Origin: Amoeboaphelidium protococcarum X5
Taxonomy: Eukaryota; Fungi; Aphelidiomycota
NCBI GenBank assembly: GCA_023515725.1
Contig: JALDTO010000215.1
Location: 62,001-126,000 of the forward strand
Length of the DNA stretch: 64,000 nucleotides
Reading direction: 5' to 3'
Below are positions 62,895 through 64,000 of this stretch, piece after piece. The notes beneath the pieces are model-generated. The model was not told the origin of the DNA. It saw only the letters and a program-made list of their open reading frames with translations, and made no database searches. How positions within the stretch are numbered: position 1 is the first letter of the stretch; each line of letters starts with the position of its first letter. Made by a program: the position numbers and the translations under genes.

Positions 62895-64000
62895 TTCCTT
62901 TTTGGCTTTTTTTATTTCTATGCAAGAATGAGCAGTTAGTGAATTGTAAGTTCAGTAGAAAGAGGCGTGTGGTAATATGCGTACGATTGTCTTTAACGCG
63001 TTCCATCATGTACCGGCTACATGTTTCCAATTTTTGGGCATTTTACACAATGTATAAAATCACTCGGGAACTCTAAAATGGCTGGTATAAACTAAATGTA
63101 TTATCGATTAATTTACTTTCAAGACTGTTAGAGGGAAATAGAGGGAAAATAAATTTGGTATCAACTGCAGGAGTCGCAGTGTTGGAGAAGTTGGACTTGA
63201 CATTTTCCAATGTGTTGATATAAAAATCGTGCTGTGAACAAACTTAAACTCCCATATTTGAGTTACCTCTCGCGTTATGATCTGAGGCAACAAAGGTTAC
63301 AATGAGATTCTGTTTGTCTGTACCAACATCTTTGAGTAGAGAAACTCTTTGTCTCAAGTGTTGATAATGCGATGCATTCTGCCTTTTACACTTGTCAGAT
63401 ACCCACCGATATTTTCAGCACCGGAGCATTGAGAATACAAAAAGAAGAAATCAAGGGTGGATTTGGTGTATTCATCGTGAAATGCAATATCGATATCAAA
63501 TACATGTTGTTAATTGGTCTGGACGCACAGTATTTGGTCTACGATAAATGATATATACAACGAAAGCACTAGCTAATTTTATCTGCTGACCCTTTGGATG
63601 TCTTGTGATCGCGTTGTATTACTGAGAACACTGCTACTACTGTATATATGCATCGAAAGTAACAAATTGATGAGCGACTGAACAGTGATAAGCTGTACAC
63701 CATGAATATTTTTCCCTATAAGTATATTATGGTAGTTTTACTTCCCTGCACTTCAATAACATTATCTCTGCCAAGCCGTTGCCATTGTCGCGAAACTGCA
63801 GTATAAAAATAGATTCTGCATAATTTAAACATCAATGAGAGGATACACTTGTTACACTCTTCAAGCCTTGATTAATACTATATACTCATAATCAAGTGAC
63901 CATTATGAAAGTATCGGATTATAACTTATTCGTCCAAAAGCTCAATGATGAAAGCACCAAGACTGGATTCGGTACGGTTTTAGCATATTCACTTGAAACA

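Noticed and set aside
62950-64000. Possible minus-strand gene remnant
   Set aside because: All frames examined are interrupted by TGA and I could not build a coherent model

Overview
Gene-dense, intron-poor eukaryotic nuclear DNA from a fungus-related (holomycotan) organism. TAA/TAG read as Gln and only TGA stops (ciliate-type code, table 6), which is why the supplied ORF track is fragmented. Pentafunctional AROM, Ndt80, COX9 and this code together fit an aphelid such as Amoeboaphelidium protococcarum (inference). Re-translation by eye gives about 35 protein-coding genes, mostly housekeeping, and two tRNA-Ser genes. Most notable: (1) a single-pass surface protein joining a fibro-slime/PA14 domain and bacterial-type Ig/cadherin-like repeats to an integrin-beta-like double-NPxY tail; (2) a near-invariant GTAG 3' splice site in 15 of 16 inferred introns; (3) a signal-peptide-bearing BTB protein (candidate effector); (4) an apparently spliced minus-strand locus with no recognisable ORF at about 53.8-55.5 kb. 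All calls come from manual translation and motif recognition; no database searches were run.
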